A DNA stretch of 64,000 nucleotides from Rhodosorus marinus CCMP1338 (Eukaryota > Plantae > Rhodophyta): NCBI GenBank assembly GCA_029953675.1, contig JAMWBK010000001.1, forward strand, positions 2,976,001-3,040,000. Direction: 5' to 3'. How positions within the stretch are numbered: the stretch's first letter is position 1; every line of letters begins with the position of its first letter. A program made the position numbers and the translations under genes. Of the stretch, positions 49,700 through 61,519 are shown piece by piece. The notes under the pieces are model-generated. The model saw only the letters and a program-made list of their open reading frames with translations. It was not told where the DNA came from and ran no database searches.

Positions 49700-49920
49700 T
49701 TCTATCTGCATTATCGATTCTTGGGTTGGCCAGCTACCGTAAGAGGGGCCCGTACCCACAGGTATACAAGAATCGACTCCCAGCACTCTGGAAATCATGT
49801 AAAGAATCAGCTGGAACCTCGTTTCAGCGGCCATCTGTGGTCATTATTGCACGCTTCTATTCCTCGAATATGTGCGTGTTACGCCCTGTGCAGAGCTTAA
49901 CGCTAGGTTAGTAGGGCCAC
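49700..49920 (+). mobile_element. Highly decayed CRE-like 3' remnant (copy F)
   Basis: Aligns by eye to remnant E (55687-55953): TATGTGCG..TTACGCCC.G..AG...CTTAACGCTA.G.TAGTA. Confidence 0.5.
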
Positions 49921-50392
49921 CATGAATCAACATCTGGAACATTCGCAGTTTTCTGGGTTCGCAGTTCCCCCAACGGTCAGTTCAGTCCCCCCCCACCCCT
50001 ACTCTCGTGTACACCAGTAGCTGCTGAACTCTTCCCCGACGGATCTTGAGCCGCTGACATAAAAAGGGAGTTTAAAGTGTGAGGAGCAGGTTGAAGGAGT
50101 TGAAAGAGACTAGAAGGAAGCAGCCATTCTACCTCGAAGAGACTTTGACTGCGCGGGGGAGAGGAGGAGGAAATGTCGAGATGCCGACAGCCTGTGTTAT
50201 GCAGCAGCGCTGCAGTAGTAAGGGATGATGCGGGCATGTGGTCGAGTCGCCACTAGTCACCGGCGGTGTAGACTGAAAACTTCGGGGAAGTTCTAGGACA
50301 AGGATTTTTTGGAATTCTGGTCACGAGTCTACAGTTCTCTATGTGCAACGTCGTCCAAAGTTGAGACTAAATACTGGATCCGTTGTTTCAAA

Positions 50393-51242
50393 TTAACCTG
50401 TGGCCGAAAGGACGCATATGCAGCTGTGGTTGAGAACACTGCGGACGTACACTCCGATAGATCCTTCCACTGAGCCACACGGAGATCCTATTGGGAGCCA
50501 TCCTGGAGGCGCGGGAAGGAACCGGCTGGACCCAGTCGCCGTCACAAGCATTGTAGCAGACGTTCAGACCCTCGGGCTGCCTCTCCGACTGAGTGAAGAC
50601 CTGGAGCCCGGGCATGTCGTCGAATTTTATCGGCTGCACCGTCATGACGTCGGGACAAACGTCGGGATTCATCGTCTGCACCGGCTCCACGTCGGGATAG
50701 ACGTCGGGATTCATCGGCTGCACCGGTATGACGTGGGGATAGACGTGGGGATTCATCGGCTGCATAGGCATGACGTCGGGATGGATCTAGGGATTGATCG
50801 GCTGCACCGGCATGACGAGGGGATAGACGCGGGGATAGACGTGGGGATTCATCGGCTGCACCGGCATGACGTGGGGATAGACGTCGGGTTTCATCGGCTG
50901 CACCGACTCCACGTCGGAGCCCGATATGGGTTGAATTGTGTGCTGCTCGAGTTCGCGGTAGCAGGAGTCAGAATTTGGAGCCTTTTCCCTCACGTGAAAA
51001 CCATCAATACCGAACTGACGGCGGGGGTTTCCTTCTTCAAAGATGTGCTCGCTGCATATGGGACGGTATTGGCAGTCGGTAAACTCACAAGTGTTGCCCT
51101 TTGGATGGAAAAAAATGTTGGGTCAGGCCCGCAGTCGTCAAAACAACAGCTCGGGAAGCTGTGAACCTACCTTCATTGTGACGGCCATGGCAAGACCAAC
51201 CCCCACGGCCAACAGGGTAGCTAAAGTAAAGCTGATGATCAT
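50393..51242 (-). pseudogene. Pseudogene paralog of the secreted PVQP-repeat protein at 56453-57328
   Basis: Same signal-peptide exon (MIISFTLATLLAVGVGLAMAVTMK) and GTAGGT intron. Two Cys->Arg changes, an in-frame TAG at ~50788, and a frameshift in the second Cys domain. Confidence 0.85.
50600..50920. repeat. Coding minisatellite, ~42-nt unit (PVQPMNPDVYPxVM) in the pseudogene paralog
   Basis: Recurrent CATCGGCTGCACCGGCATGACGTGGGGATAGACG units. Confidence 0.9.
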
Positions 51243-52154
51243 CTTCCTGCTCGTTGAGGGTAGTTCACGTTGAGGTAGTTCTTGTTGTTCTTCGCTGTCT
51301 CGCTCGTTGCCTTGTTGTTGTTGTTGTTTCTTCCCAGAGACGATCCGTAACGAATCTACCGTACTCCCTTCATTAAATGGTCTTTCGAACCTCCGTTTCG
51401 AGGAGAATTGGAACCTCCACCAAGCTTGCTGCACGGTACCTTAAAAAGGGAAACCGGAAAGTATTGGTGAAGTGATGATGCATTTTGAGGCTCTATATCC
51501 TGGAGTTCGTGCAGTCCTTCCGGAGGAATACATTGCGCACGGCCTTAAAATTTTAGAGCGAGGCTCCTTTTGTTTTTACCGGGACGTCGTCTGCTCTCCT
51601 TGAAGAACTTATGCAACAAACGGAACCCCCGGGGAGCTTAGGAGAAATCGATTTCCTTCGGGGTTGAACGAATGGTTTAATCGGAGGCTGAAAAAAAAAC
51701 CCCGAGGGGAAAAAAGACTAAGCGCGGCGAAGTACTCGCGCCTCCAACATCAAAGCGGCATTCATGCGCCACAGCAGGAAACTTAAGCGGGTAAACAACG
51801 ATTGAAGACGGTCAGGGCGTTCGCGGAACAACTCCCGAAGCCAGCGAGAACCAACAGAGTCCATGAACCCGGGGTTGAACAGGGTTTCCCAAAAAAGTAA
51901 ACTTTTCGAAGAGTACTGAAATACGTCAAAAGTTAATTAAAAATAGCTCAGGGCAAGGTAGATTCAATCCTATTCATGAATTTCTGCACGGCTTTTGCTT
52001 GGTGGTAGAGGAGTGCTAGCTAATTGTCAGGAAGCGCATTCATGCGGAAAAGTGATGGATGGGTATGATGACCTTACTAAGGTGGTCTTGGGGCAAAAGT
52101 GTTTTCATAGGCTGTCAGTACCGCCTACATGCGCGCGATGCAAGCTTAGTAACG

Positions 52155-52416
52155 CGCCGAGGGTCGCCCCCACCGGTTCCAGCCATTGTGGAAAGCTTTT
52201 GTCATGTGGGTAAGTCGGGTTTAGAGTGGTTGCGGAAGTGTTTCGCTTAGCATCCTACTGAGTACTTGGCACTTTTACGGCGTTTCAGTGCCGCCCTGCG
52301 GCGATATTCTAGCAGCCTGCTTGCCGAGGCGCGCCATCGGCGCCTGGGTTTGCACGCTTCCCTCCCTAGTTCTTAGTGCCTTTTCACGGCTTGCGTAGCG
52401 CTTCAGGCTATGCTAG
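52155..52416 (+). mobile_element. 3' fragment of CRE-like element (copy C), abutting copy D
   Basis: High similarity to 55355-55618, with small deletions and a stop; ends GCGTAGCGCTTCAGGCTATGCTAG. Confidence 0.9.
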
Positions 52417-55400
52417 GTAAGAGAGCGAGGACCGACTCCCCCGGGTCCAAGGGGGAGAAGCACGATTAGCGCTCCAGGCACGGCTGCGAGGTCGCAGCCT
52501 ATGGATCTACAGTCTTATGTCCTGAATGAGGGCGGAGACTGGGGCATTTGGCGTACGCGTTTTCGGAGTTGGCTCCGGCGGTGGATTCCTTTGGAAGGAG
52601 GCTTGCTTCCCCTCCGTGGGGGCATTCCCCCAGTCGTCCTCCCTCGTGGAGGCCTTCTAGTAGCTGGAACCATTCTCGATTTCATCTTCACGAGCCTGGC
52701 TCGTAACATTCGGGACACAGTCATTTGGGTTTTTCTGCGGTGTGGGATCATGCCGCGCCTGATTCTGGCCCCCATTCACACATCGGAGCGCAGATGGCGA
52801 GTACGAGACCGACTGGCCCTGTTCTTGAAGGGAGACTTCGAAGTACTACAGCGCAGCTATTTGGCGTCGTCAGCACCATCCGCCCGTCGGACTCGGCATG
52901 GCACAGTGTCGCCCGTGCCGGCTCGAGTACAGAAATTGGTAGCAGTGGGCGATTTAAGTCGAGCGGCGCGGGTTTTGGAGGGCCAGGCGCCTGTCCTCCC
53001 CTACGATGATAGTCTCGCCCAGACGGTGTCGTCTTTGTTCCCTGAGTCCGACGTGGATTTGTCCCCTGAATTCGAGGTATTCTTGGACCGTCCGGAGTTG
53101 GCCAGGTTTCGCATCGATCTGACGCTCAGTGAGTCTGACCTGGAGGATTTGCTTCGTACCTCGCGTCGGGGACGCTGTCCCGGACCCTCCGGACTAAGAA
53201 CAGAGCTATTGCAGGCCCTGAGCCAGCCTGGCCAGAGCGCGCTTCTGAGGATCCTTAACAAGTTGTTCCAGGGCGTATCGGGTGCGTCTGCGCCATGGGA
53301 ACATCTCCGGCAGGCACAGCTTTGCTTGCTCACGAAACCTGACCACCAGCCGGCCCACCCGCGTCTCCGGCCGATCGGGATGGTGGAGAGCCTACGGAAG
53401 TTAGCCGGGAGGTGGCTATGCCAGCGCCTTCGCCAGCGCGTCACAGCTTTTATGGCGCCCTTGCAAGTAGGGGTGGGATTCTCTGGGGGTTGTGAACTGA
53501 TCACCCATGGGATCGAGCTAGAACGCGCCAGTAGGCCGGAGTGGGGAGTCTTGGTGGTTGATTTCCGGAACGCATTCAACAGCGTGTCGCGGACGCATGC
53601 GCTAGAGGTGCTCCGACGGGTGTTTCCGGAGGCGTGGCCGTTTCTATCGGGTATTTACGGAGGGGAGAGCCTCCCCTACTTGACACCGGAGGGCACTGTT
53701 TTTCAAGCACATACTGGCGTCCAACAAGGCGACCCTTGCGGACCTCTTCTTCATGCCTGTGCCCTACGGCTCGTACTTTTACGTCTTTCGACTGAGGTCT
53801 CGGATCTTCGAATATGCGCGTACCACGATGACGTAACATTGCTGGGCACCCCTGACACCCTGGCTAGGGGACTGACCGCGATCGAAGCGATTGCACGTCG
53901 CGTCGGTTTGACTGTGGAAACAGAAAAATGTCGCTTTCTCCCCCCGAGGGACGTGTCGCTGAACTCTCTGCCACCCACTCTGCGACTAATCAGCGAACGT
54001 GAAGGGTTCGAACACCACGGCGTCGGATTGGGGACTGACAACTTTGTCCAAGCATCCTGCGAGCGAGTTTTGGCACGGCACAAGCAACTCACCGACGCCA
54101 TTGAGCACCTACCCGACAGCATGCTGCAATCGGCCTGCTTGCTTTCCCGCTTTTGTGCCGGTCCCAGACTCAACTACTGGTTGCGCAGCCTGCCTCCAGC
54201 TTGGGGCTCGTGGATCGCGGCTAAAGCCGACGAAATGACCCTGCAACACTGGGGAACGCTCTTGGATGAGCCCCTCGATCTTGAAGCTGCTCCCGACAGG
54301 GACTTTATCCGTGCAAAGATCGCTCTACCGTTGCGATTAGGGGGATTCGGCGTCGCAGACCGTGGGCTGGTATGCTCGCCAGCGGCGGTTGCCTCCTGGG
54401 CTACCGCGCTGCGAACGTTGGTGACCTTCCAGATGCGAAGTGCCTGCCTCTTGGCTCGAGCTTTGACCAACGAGGATCCAGTGACCCTGCCGCCCCCGCT
54501 TTTGACAATTTATGATGGTCTTCAACACGCGTTCAGGAGGTGCAACGCCGTGCCGGACGCAAATCGGTCCCGCTTTCGTTCCTGGAGGGAGCTGTTATGG
54601 GGACGAGCTGAAGCGATTGAGGATTCTCCCCTCGACCGAGTTCTTGCCGATGACGGAGAGGCTAGCCCCGGGTCACCTGTTGCAGCCTACCCGGGTTTGA
54701 GCCGATTGTGGAGCTCCCGCACTGATGTGATTCAACATAGCCTCACCTGGGTCCAACACAGTGCCGCTCACACAGTCATGCTCAATTCTCCTCTCACGCC
54801 GCCTACCACTGCCGCTCGTCTGCGCGGCATGGGAGGCCACCTCTCGCACTTGTGGTTAACCACTCTACCGTCGTCATTGAGTCATCGTCTCGATGCTTTC
54901 CAGTTCCGTTCTGCCGCACGGATCTATCTCGGTTTGCCACAGGCTCCGTGGCACTCTAATCGGCCGTCTTTCTGTCAGGGATGTGAGAGCCGGATTGACG
55001 CTTGTAGCTACCACTTCCTGGGTTCCTGAGGACTGTTGAGAGGTCTCCGTACGAGGCGTCACACTCGCCTCAAGTACATCCTCAGCGAATTTTTGACTCG
55101 GATAGGGCATACGGTTGAGGTTGAGTCGGAACTGCCCAGATCAATCTCGGACTCTGCACCGCCCCGTTGTATAGCCGATATCCTCGTCTCCGACGCTGCT
55201 GCCAGACGCTCAACATATGTGGACCTTGCGATTACCTGCCCCGTGGCCAGCGCCCACCTCATCGCAGCCGCCCGCCGCCGGGGGGCCGCGGCTTCAGCCC
55301 TTCGAAGAGTTAAGGAACGACGGTATGCTGAGAGCATGGCCAGTCTGCCTTGCGCTGAGGATCGCTCTCACCGGTTCCAGCCATTCATTGTGGAAAGCTT

Positions 55401-55640
55401 TGGTCACGTGGAAAAGTCGGGTTTAGAGTGGTTGCGGAAATGTTTTGCTGAGCATCCTACTGAATATTTGGCGCTCTTGAGGCGTTTAAGTGTCTCCCTT
55501 TGGCGATATTCCAGCGACATGCTTTCCGAGGCGCGCCATCGGCGCCTGGGGTTGCATGCTTCCCTCCCTAGTTATTAGTTCATCTTCACGCCTTGCGTAG
55601 CGCTTCAGGCTATGCTAGTAAAGTCCAGTAAAGTCCAGTA
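52417..55640 (+). mobile_element. CRE-clade non-LTR retrotransposon (RT, CCHC knuckle, restriction-like endonuclease), probably 5'-truncated (copy D)
   Basis: RT motifs LLTKP..RLRPIG, PLQVGVG, VDFRNAFNSVSR, GVQQGDPCGP, AYHDD, GLTVETEKC; LPLRLGGFG; knuckle CQGC...H FLGS*; endonuclease IADILV...YVDLAIT...KERRY. ORFs 52501..55029 and 55036..55578 share one frame, separated by a single TGA. Confidence 0.95.
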
Positions 55641-55686
55641 CAGGAAAACAGGGCCAATTGAAATGCAAGAAACAATCGATGAACGT

Positions 55687-55953
55687 TGTGGAGCAAAACA
55701 TCCCCGCGTGAAAGGCTTGCCTTCAAATTTAAGAATTTAGAACACAAGACATGCTGAAAGTGTGAAGCGCATGAATCACAGACCATCCTGGCGGGTATCT
55801 TGTACCTATGCCGGTTCAGTGTCGCTTTATGGCGATTTTCTTGCAGCATGCCAGCCGAGGCTCGCTACCGCTGCTTTGGATCGCACGCGTATTTTCCTCG
55901 TCTATGTGCGCATTACGCCCTACGTAGCGCCTAACGCTATGCTAGTAAAACCA
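55687..55953 (+). mobile_element. Decayed CRE-like 3' remnant (copy E), ~50 nt after copy D
   Basis: ALWRFSCSMPAEARYRCFGSHA vs SLWRYSSDMLSEARHRRLGLHA in D; ends GTAGCGCCTAACGCTATGCTAGTAAAACCA. Confidence 0.75.
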
Positions 55954-56452
55954 TCGTGAATCGACATCGGGAGCATTCGCAGTTTTCTGGGTTCGCAATT
56001 CCACCAACTGTCAGCTGTGCCCCCCCTACACGCCCTACTCTCGTGTACACCGAATCATCAGTAGCCGCTAGTAGTCTTCCCCGACGGTGCTTGAACCGCT
56101 GAATACATTGGGAGTTCAAAGTGTGAGGAACAGGTGATGGAGTTGAAATAGATTAGAAGGACGCGGCCATTCTACCTCGAAGAGAGGTTGACAGAGCGGA
56201 GAGGGAGAGGAGGAGGAAATGTTGAGCGTGCCGGCAGTCTGTGTTATGCAGCAAGTGCTCCGGTATAAAGGGATGATGCGGGCATGTGGTCGAGTCGCCA
56301 CTAGCCACCGTGGGTGTAGACTGCGGACTTCGGGGAAGTTTGGGACGAGGCTTTTTTGGACTTCTGTTCAAGAGCCTAGAGCTATCTATGTGTAACATCG
56401 TCCATAAGCTGGTGGTGGTTTACTCAGCTGAATATAAGATTGGGCCGGTTGT

Positions 56453-57328
56453 TTAATAGTAATCTGTGATTCCAAAGACGCATATGCAGCTGTGGTCGAT
56501 AATGCTGCGGGCGTACGTTCCGATTCCTTCTTCTGAGGCACACGGAGTTCCCACTGGGAGCCATCCTGGAGTGCACGGGGAGGGAAGCGGCTGGACCCAG
56601 TCGCCGTCACAAGCATTGTAGCAGGTGTTCAGACCCTCGGCCTGACTCCTCGTCATAGGAGTCATCGGAGGCTTGGGACCGCCGGTATCCAACGGCAACA
56701 GTTTGACCATGGGAAAGGTCGCTTTGACGTCGGGATCGATCGGCTGCACCGGTTCGACGTCGGGATAGATCGGCTGCACCGGTTCGACGTCGGGATAGAT
56801 CGGCTGCACCGGTTTGACGTCGGGATAGATCGGCTGCACCGGTTTGACGTCGGGATAGATCGGCTGCACCGGTTTGACGTCGGGATAGATCGGCTGCACC
56901 GGTTTGACGTCGGGATAGATCGGCTGCACCGGTTTGACGTCGGGGTAGATCGGCTCCCCCGGCTCGAGGTCGGGATTGATTGGCTGCACTGGCTCCACGT
57001 CGGAGTTCGATATGGTTTGAATTATGTGCTGCTCGAGCTCGCAATAGCAGGAGTCAGAGTCTGGAGCCTTTTCCCTCACGTAAAAACCGTCAATACCGAA
57101 CTGCCGGCAGGGGGTTCCTTCTTCAACGATGTGGTTGCTGCATATGGGACGGTATTGGCAATCGGTGAACTCACAAGTTTTGTCCTGTGGATGGAAAAAA
57201 GGGTTGGTTCAGGTCCTCAGTTGTCGAAACAACAGCTCGGGAAGTTGCGAACCTACCTTGGTTGGGACGGCCATGGCAAGACCAACCACCAGGGCCAGCA
57301 GGGTGGCTAAAGTAACGTTGATCTTCAT
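56453..57328 (-). CDS. Secreted protein: signal peptide, six-Cys domain, (PVQPIYPDVK)x9 linker, second six-Cys domain (~267 aa)
   Basis: Exon 1 57328-57257 MKINVTLATLLALVVGLAMAVPTK; GTAGGT..CAG intron 57256-57185; exon 2 57184-56453 open and in frame with ORF 56453..57079; CAA-rich 5' leader. Confidence 0.85.
56731..57000. repeat. Coding minisatellite, 30-nt unit x9
   Basis: CGGGATAGATCGGCTGCACCGGTTTGACGT; five central copies are identical. Confidence 0.97.
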
Positions 57329-60300
57329 CTTCTTGCTCGTTGAGCGTAGTTCTCTTCTTCTTATAGTTCTTCGCTGTCTCGTTCGTTGTTTTCCTCGTTG
57401 TCTTGTTGCTGTTGTTGCGTTCTTCCCTTGAAACAATCCTGAGAAATCCATTGTACTCCCTTCATTAAATAGTAGTCTTTCGAACCTCCGTTTCGAGGAG
57501 AACTGGAACCTCCAGCAAACATGCTTAGGGCGCACAGTTTCCAAAAAAAACCAAACCGGAAAGTATTGGTGATGTGATGATGTATTTTGAGGCGGACTTG
57601 AAACTCTCCTGAAGTTTGGGGTGCGTCCTTCCGGAGGACTGCATCGCGCGGACGGCCTTAAACTTTTAGAGCGAGGCTCCTGGGCAATTTTTTGACCGGG
57701 ACTTGTCTGCTCTCCTTGAAGAACTTATGCACCCTAGAGAAAATAGAACCCCCATTGAGAAATCGGGGGCTTCCTTCGGCGTTGAACTGGGTTTCCAAAA
57801 AAAAAAAAACTTTCTTGAACTTTTTGAACAATACTGAAATACGTCAAAAGTTTGTTCAACGGTTTCGTGGCAGATAAAAATATGATAAGAATAGCCGTGG
57901 CCAAGGATGTAAATTCAATTCTATTCATGAATTTGCCCAAGGACTTTACAAAAAGTTGGAGGCAGAGGCTTTCCCGTAAGGCGGACGGAGAGTTTCTGGA
58001 GGGCAGTATAGATTGATATGTTGACTGAGTTTACAGTTTTCAGTCATTATCCTAAAGGAGACTCTAGTGCTACACTTTCCTTCCAAAATAAACACCAAAA
58101 AACTTTAAAGATTCACTGAGCGAGTTTATTTAAGAAAAACTCAGAAAAAATCTATGGCGGGTGTCCCCGAACCTAGGGAGCAAGGGCAACCCGGAGATCT
58201 TGATTCAGCAAGTCTGCCAAGGGCGGGCGCTTCTCATTTTTGATTTCAACAACCGTGTTCCTCATGATGGTCCAAAGTCCCCGGTACAACCGGTTTAGGG
58301 TTGTATTCCTGGTAAGGACGTGGCGACTTGGGAAGGGCGGCGACGCGACCATGGCCTCGAACATCCACTTTTAGGTGCTGTGCGAAACAACACCATCCGC
58401 ATAGAAGTCCCATACTAACGTAGGGCCTAAACGAAATTTGAGCATCGAATTGAATTGTGGCTATTACGACTTGCGCTACCGATCCCGTTAGTATTGACAT
58501 CAAAGGATCACCCATTGCCGCAAGCTCTTAAGAAGCATGTTTTCGCACTTCACGAACGTTGGTGCCTCATGGACGAGTAAAGCTGTTTTGCATTGATCTC
58601 GGTTCCTAAAAGAATTAATCACCTGGAAGGTAGTCCACGCGAAAAGCAATCCTTCCTCGAGCTCCCGCATCTTGAGCCAAAGCTGGACTCGGCCCAAAAC
58701 AAGGCCTGAAGCTCATATGACTCGAGAGCGATAGGTGTGCTCGCTGAGAGCGAGGAAACTGGTTCGCATCCGGAAACGTGACGGATAGGTACGATGACCT
58801 TACTAAGGTTGTCTCGGATAAATACCGCCTTGGTGTTTGCCTTTAAGGTAGGCACTTTCCGACATTGACGCGTATGAGCTGGAATCGCAGTATGGTAAAA
58901 ATAGAATCCTCGATTCCAAAAGGGCTTTTTCACCATAAAAATTCAGGTGTTTCTTCTGAACAACTACGGCTGTTCTGCACCAAAATCGAGGGCCGGACAC
59001 GAGCACCATTCGCTGTTTTCCTTCGTCAGAGGATTCGGTAATTGATCAAAACTGAATGAATTTGATCAATTACAGACCCAAGTCGCTACACGTTCATTCA
59101 ATCTTTAAGAGTTGTAAAGAGTGCAAACCAGTTCAGTCAATATCACAGCACTCAGTATAGTCAATCAATATTTCTTGGAACTTGCAATTGTTTCCTAACA
59201 GAATGCCCCCGCCTTGTTAGGAGACTGCAAAAATAGATACCCGGAGAGTAAAAACAGACTGCAGACGGCGAAGAAGGGGGTCCACCCCCTCCCCCCCCCC
59301 CACTCCGCAGACTTTAAACATCAAAGCAAGACGTTCGTCCGTGCTAGGAAGTTCGATACAATGAGCTGAATCATACTGGTAGTTCGGAGAGGCAACGCGC
59401 ATTCGGCAGATTTATTGATAATTCATGATTGGCATCTAATCGGTGTTTGACGAAGGAGATCATTAATTCTTCGAATAAACCCATTCATTCAATCCATCCA
59501 TTCATTTTTAATAATTCGTAAGGCAAAGGAAAAAGGTGTCGGTTGGAGATAGAAGAAAGGGTGGAACTTTTTAGAGTTACAAGGAGAAGGCGGGAGTTTT
59601 TTGGTTGTCATCTCGTCCTATTTGGTGAAGGGTATGCATCAAAGGGGAAGGTACGACTTTTGAGAATTGGTTTACACAAACAGTAAACAGGTAAGAATTT
59701 TTCGGGACTTGAGAGAGTTTGTAAGTTGTTTTTTTTTTTTTTTGGGTTGATCGTTTGGTGTTTGAGCTTGTACACCACAGTGCCAGGATCGAAGTTGTTG
59801 ACCAAACATCGTCAAGGCCTCCTTCTTTGCAAGTGGGATTGGTCGGGTAAAGGCCAGCAAACACCCACTTGGGTCAATACTCAAGCTTTTGGTGGAAGCT
59901 AGAACGGTTGACAGTTTAGTTTTCGATGTAAACCCTTTAGGTTTTTACGTCAGTTGGTGACACGCGATTTTCGCCATCGTTTGGGTGGTAGCTGCCGAAT
60001 AAGGGCTACGGGGTGGTTGCAAAGAGCAAAACTTTGCCACAGGCTGTCCGGGTGTTTGAGACCGTTGTATATGATTTTCGGATCGGTGCTTATTCTAGCC
60101 TGCTTTTGGGGGTTGCAACGATCTTAAAAATATAAAGACCGTTCGAGTCCTCGAAATTGGGGTCTTTTTCCACATTTCACGGGGACAACCCCAACCTCTC
60201 CCAGCGACTGCTCGAATGACTATAGGACGGCCACCGGAACCCTGTAGCCTTTGTTCGGCAGCCATCTACAGCAGCGTGTCCTTCAAGTTACGACTTTCCT

Positions 60301-61519
60301 GATAGATGGTCAATAAAGTCCTAGGAGCACGAGGAGTTGGCTAGTAGCCATCATCCTCGCAAAATCGCTTGTGACCTTGATCCTCATCAGAAGAAACTAC
60401 TTCAACTACCAGTCACCCTCTTCATAAATCGATCCTCAGTTGAGCGAATTCACAGGCATCACCTTCCCGATCGGAATTTGTCAGGCTGCACGGAATTCAG
60501 CGGACATTGACAGGTGCTAAAGCATTATTCGGTGGAACTTCTATTCTCCCATTTTTTTAACTGACTAAATGTCCTCGGAGATTAACAACCCCACTCTGCT
60601 AACCGTGGGGACAGCTTCCAGCCCCTCAGCAGTCCGCTCCATAGTCCCCCGACATAGAATTTCGTGAAGTATAATATGACTATTGACTGGTGGTTTTACC
60701 AATGATTAGGTTTATGGGATTTCTATTTATAAGCGTAAAGACGAATAGACGAAAAACCATCAACCTAAAAAAGGAAAAAAAAAACGAAAATGATTCAGGC
60801 CTTGTAATGAGGATCGAAATGTGTAATGCTTCAATCAAATTCATTCAATCTGTAGCGTGAACGTCACAAACGCATTCAATTTTTTTAACATCTTTCTCGT
60901 CGAGGACAAAAAGTTCGTGGCGAATACTCCATGACACGTAAACCAAAGTACTTTCACGGGCTATCAGTGCCGCCCCTTTGCATGAAGCAAGTTTGGTACT
61001 ACACCTCTTGGAATAAGTAAGAATGGCGGATTGGGGGAAGTATATTATGATTATCAATTAGGTTGATGGGCTTCCCTGCTATTAACCATTCGTTCGTTCT
61101 ATTAATATAGTTGTGCTTCAAACTCTGTCCGTCCACAGTAAGAATTTTTTTTTTGCTATGAATTGGTTTAGACTAGCACTTAGCAACCAGTTCCATTTTT
61201 TGAGGTACACTTTAGGTTAACGAAGTCAGGACGGGATCTGGCATTCACATAAATGGCAGTTGGAAGGTGGTAACAGATGTTTTTGGATCAACTAGCCTTA
61301 GCGACTGTGAGGTTCCCAGTCTTTGTGGACGGTGAGCACTGTCCACGTAGGTAGGCCGCGCTGGAGCTGAAGGGGTTGCACTGATCCATTGGCAATATTT
61401 GGTACTCCAGTGAAGCCGGTTTTGGTCTACCTTCCTTTGCGAACGCAAAGAGAGATCTTTCTTGACGATGGCCTTTTCAGTCTCCAAATAAACGCATTCA
61501 TTTATTTTGTTCCTTGGTA

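Noticed and set aside
52066-52090. ATGATGA C-box in shared block X
   Set aside because: No suitably placed D box, and the paralogous copy lacks the intact box.
56731-57000. Regular 30-nt repeats as a CRISPR array
   Set aside because: No unique spacers; the unit is a multiple of 3 and encodes PVQPIYPDVK in a spliced eukaryotic gene.
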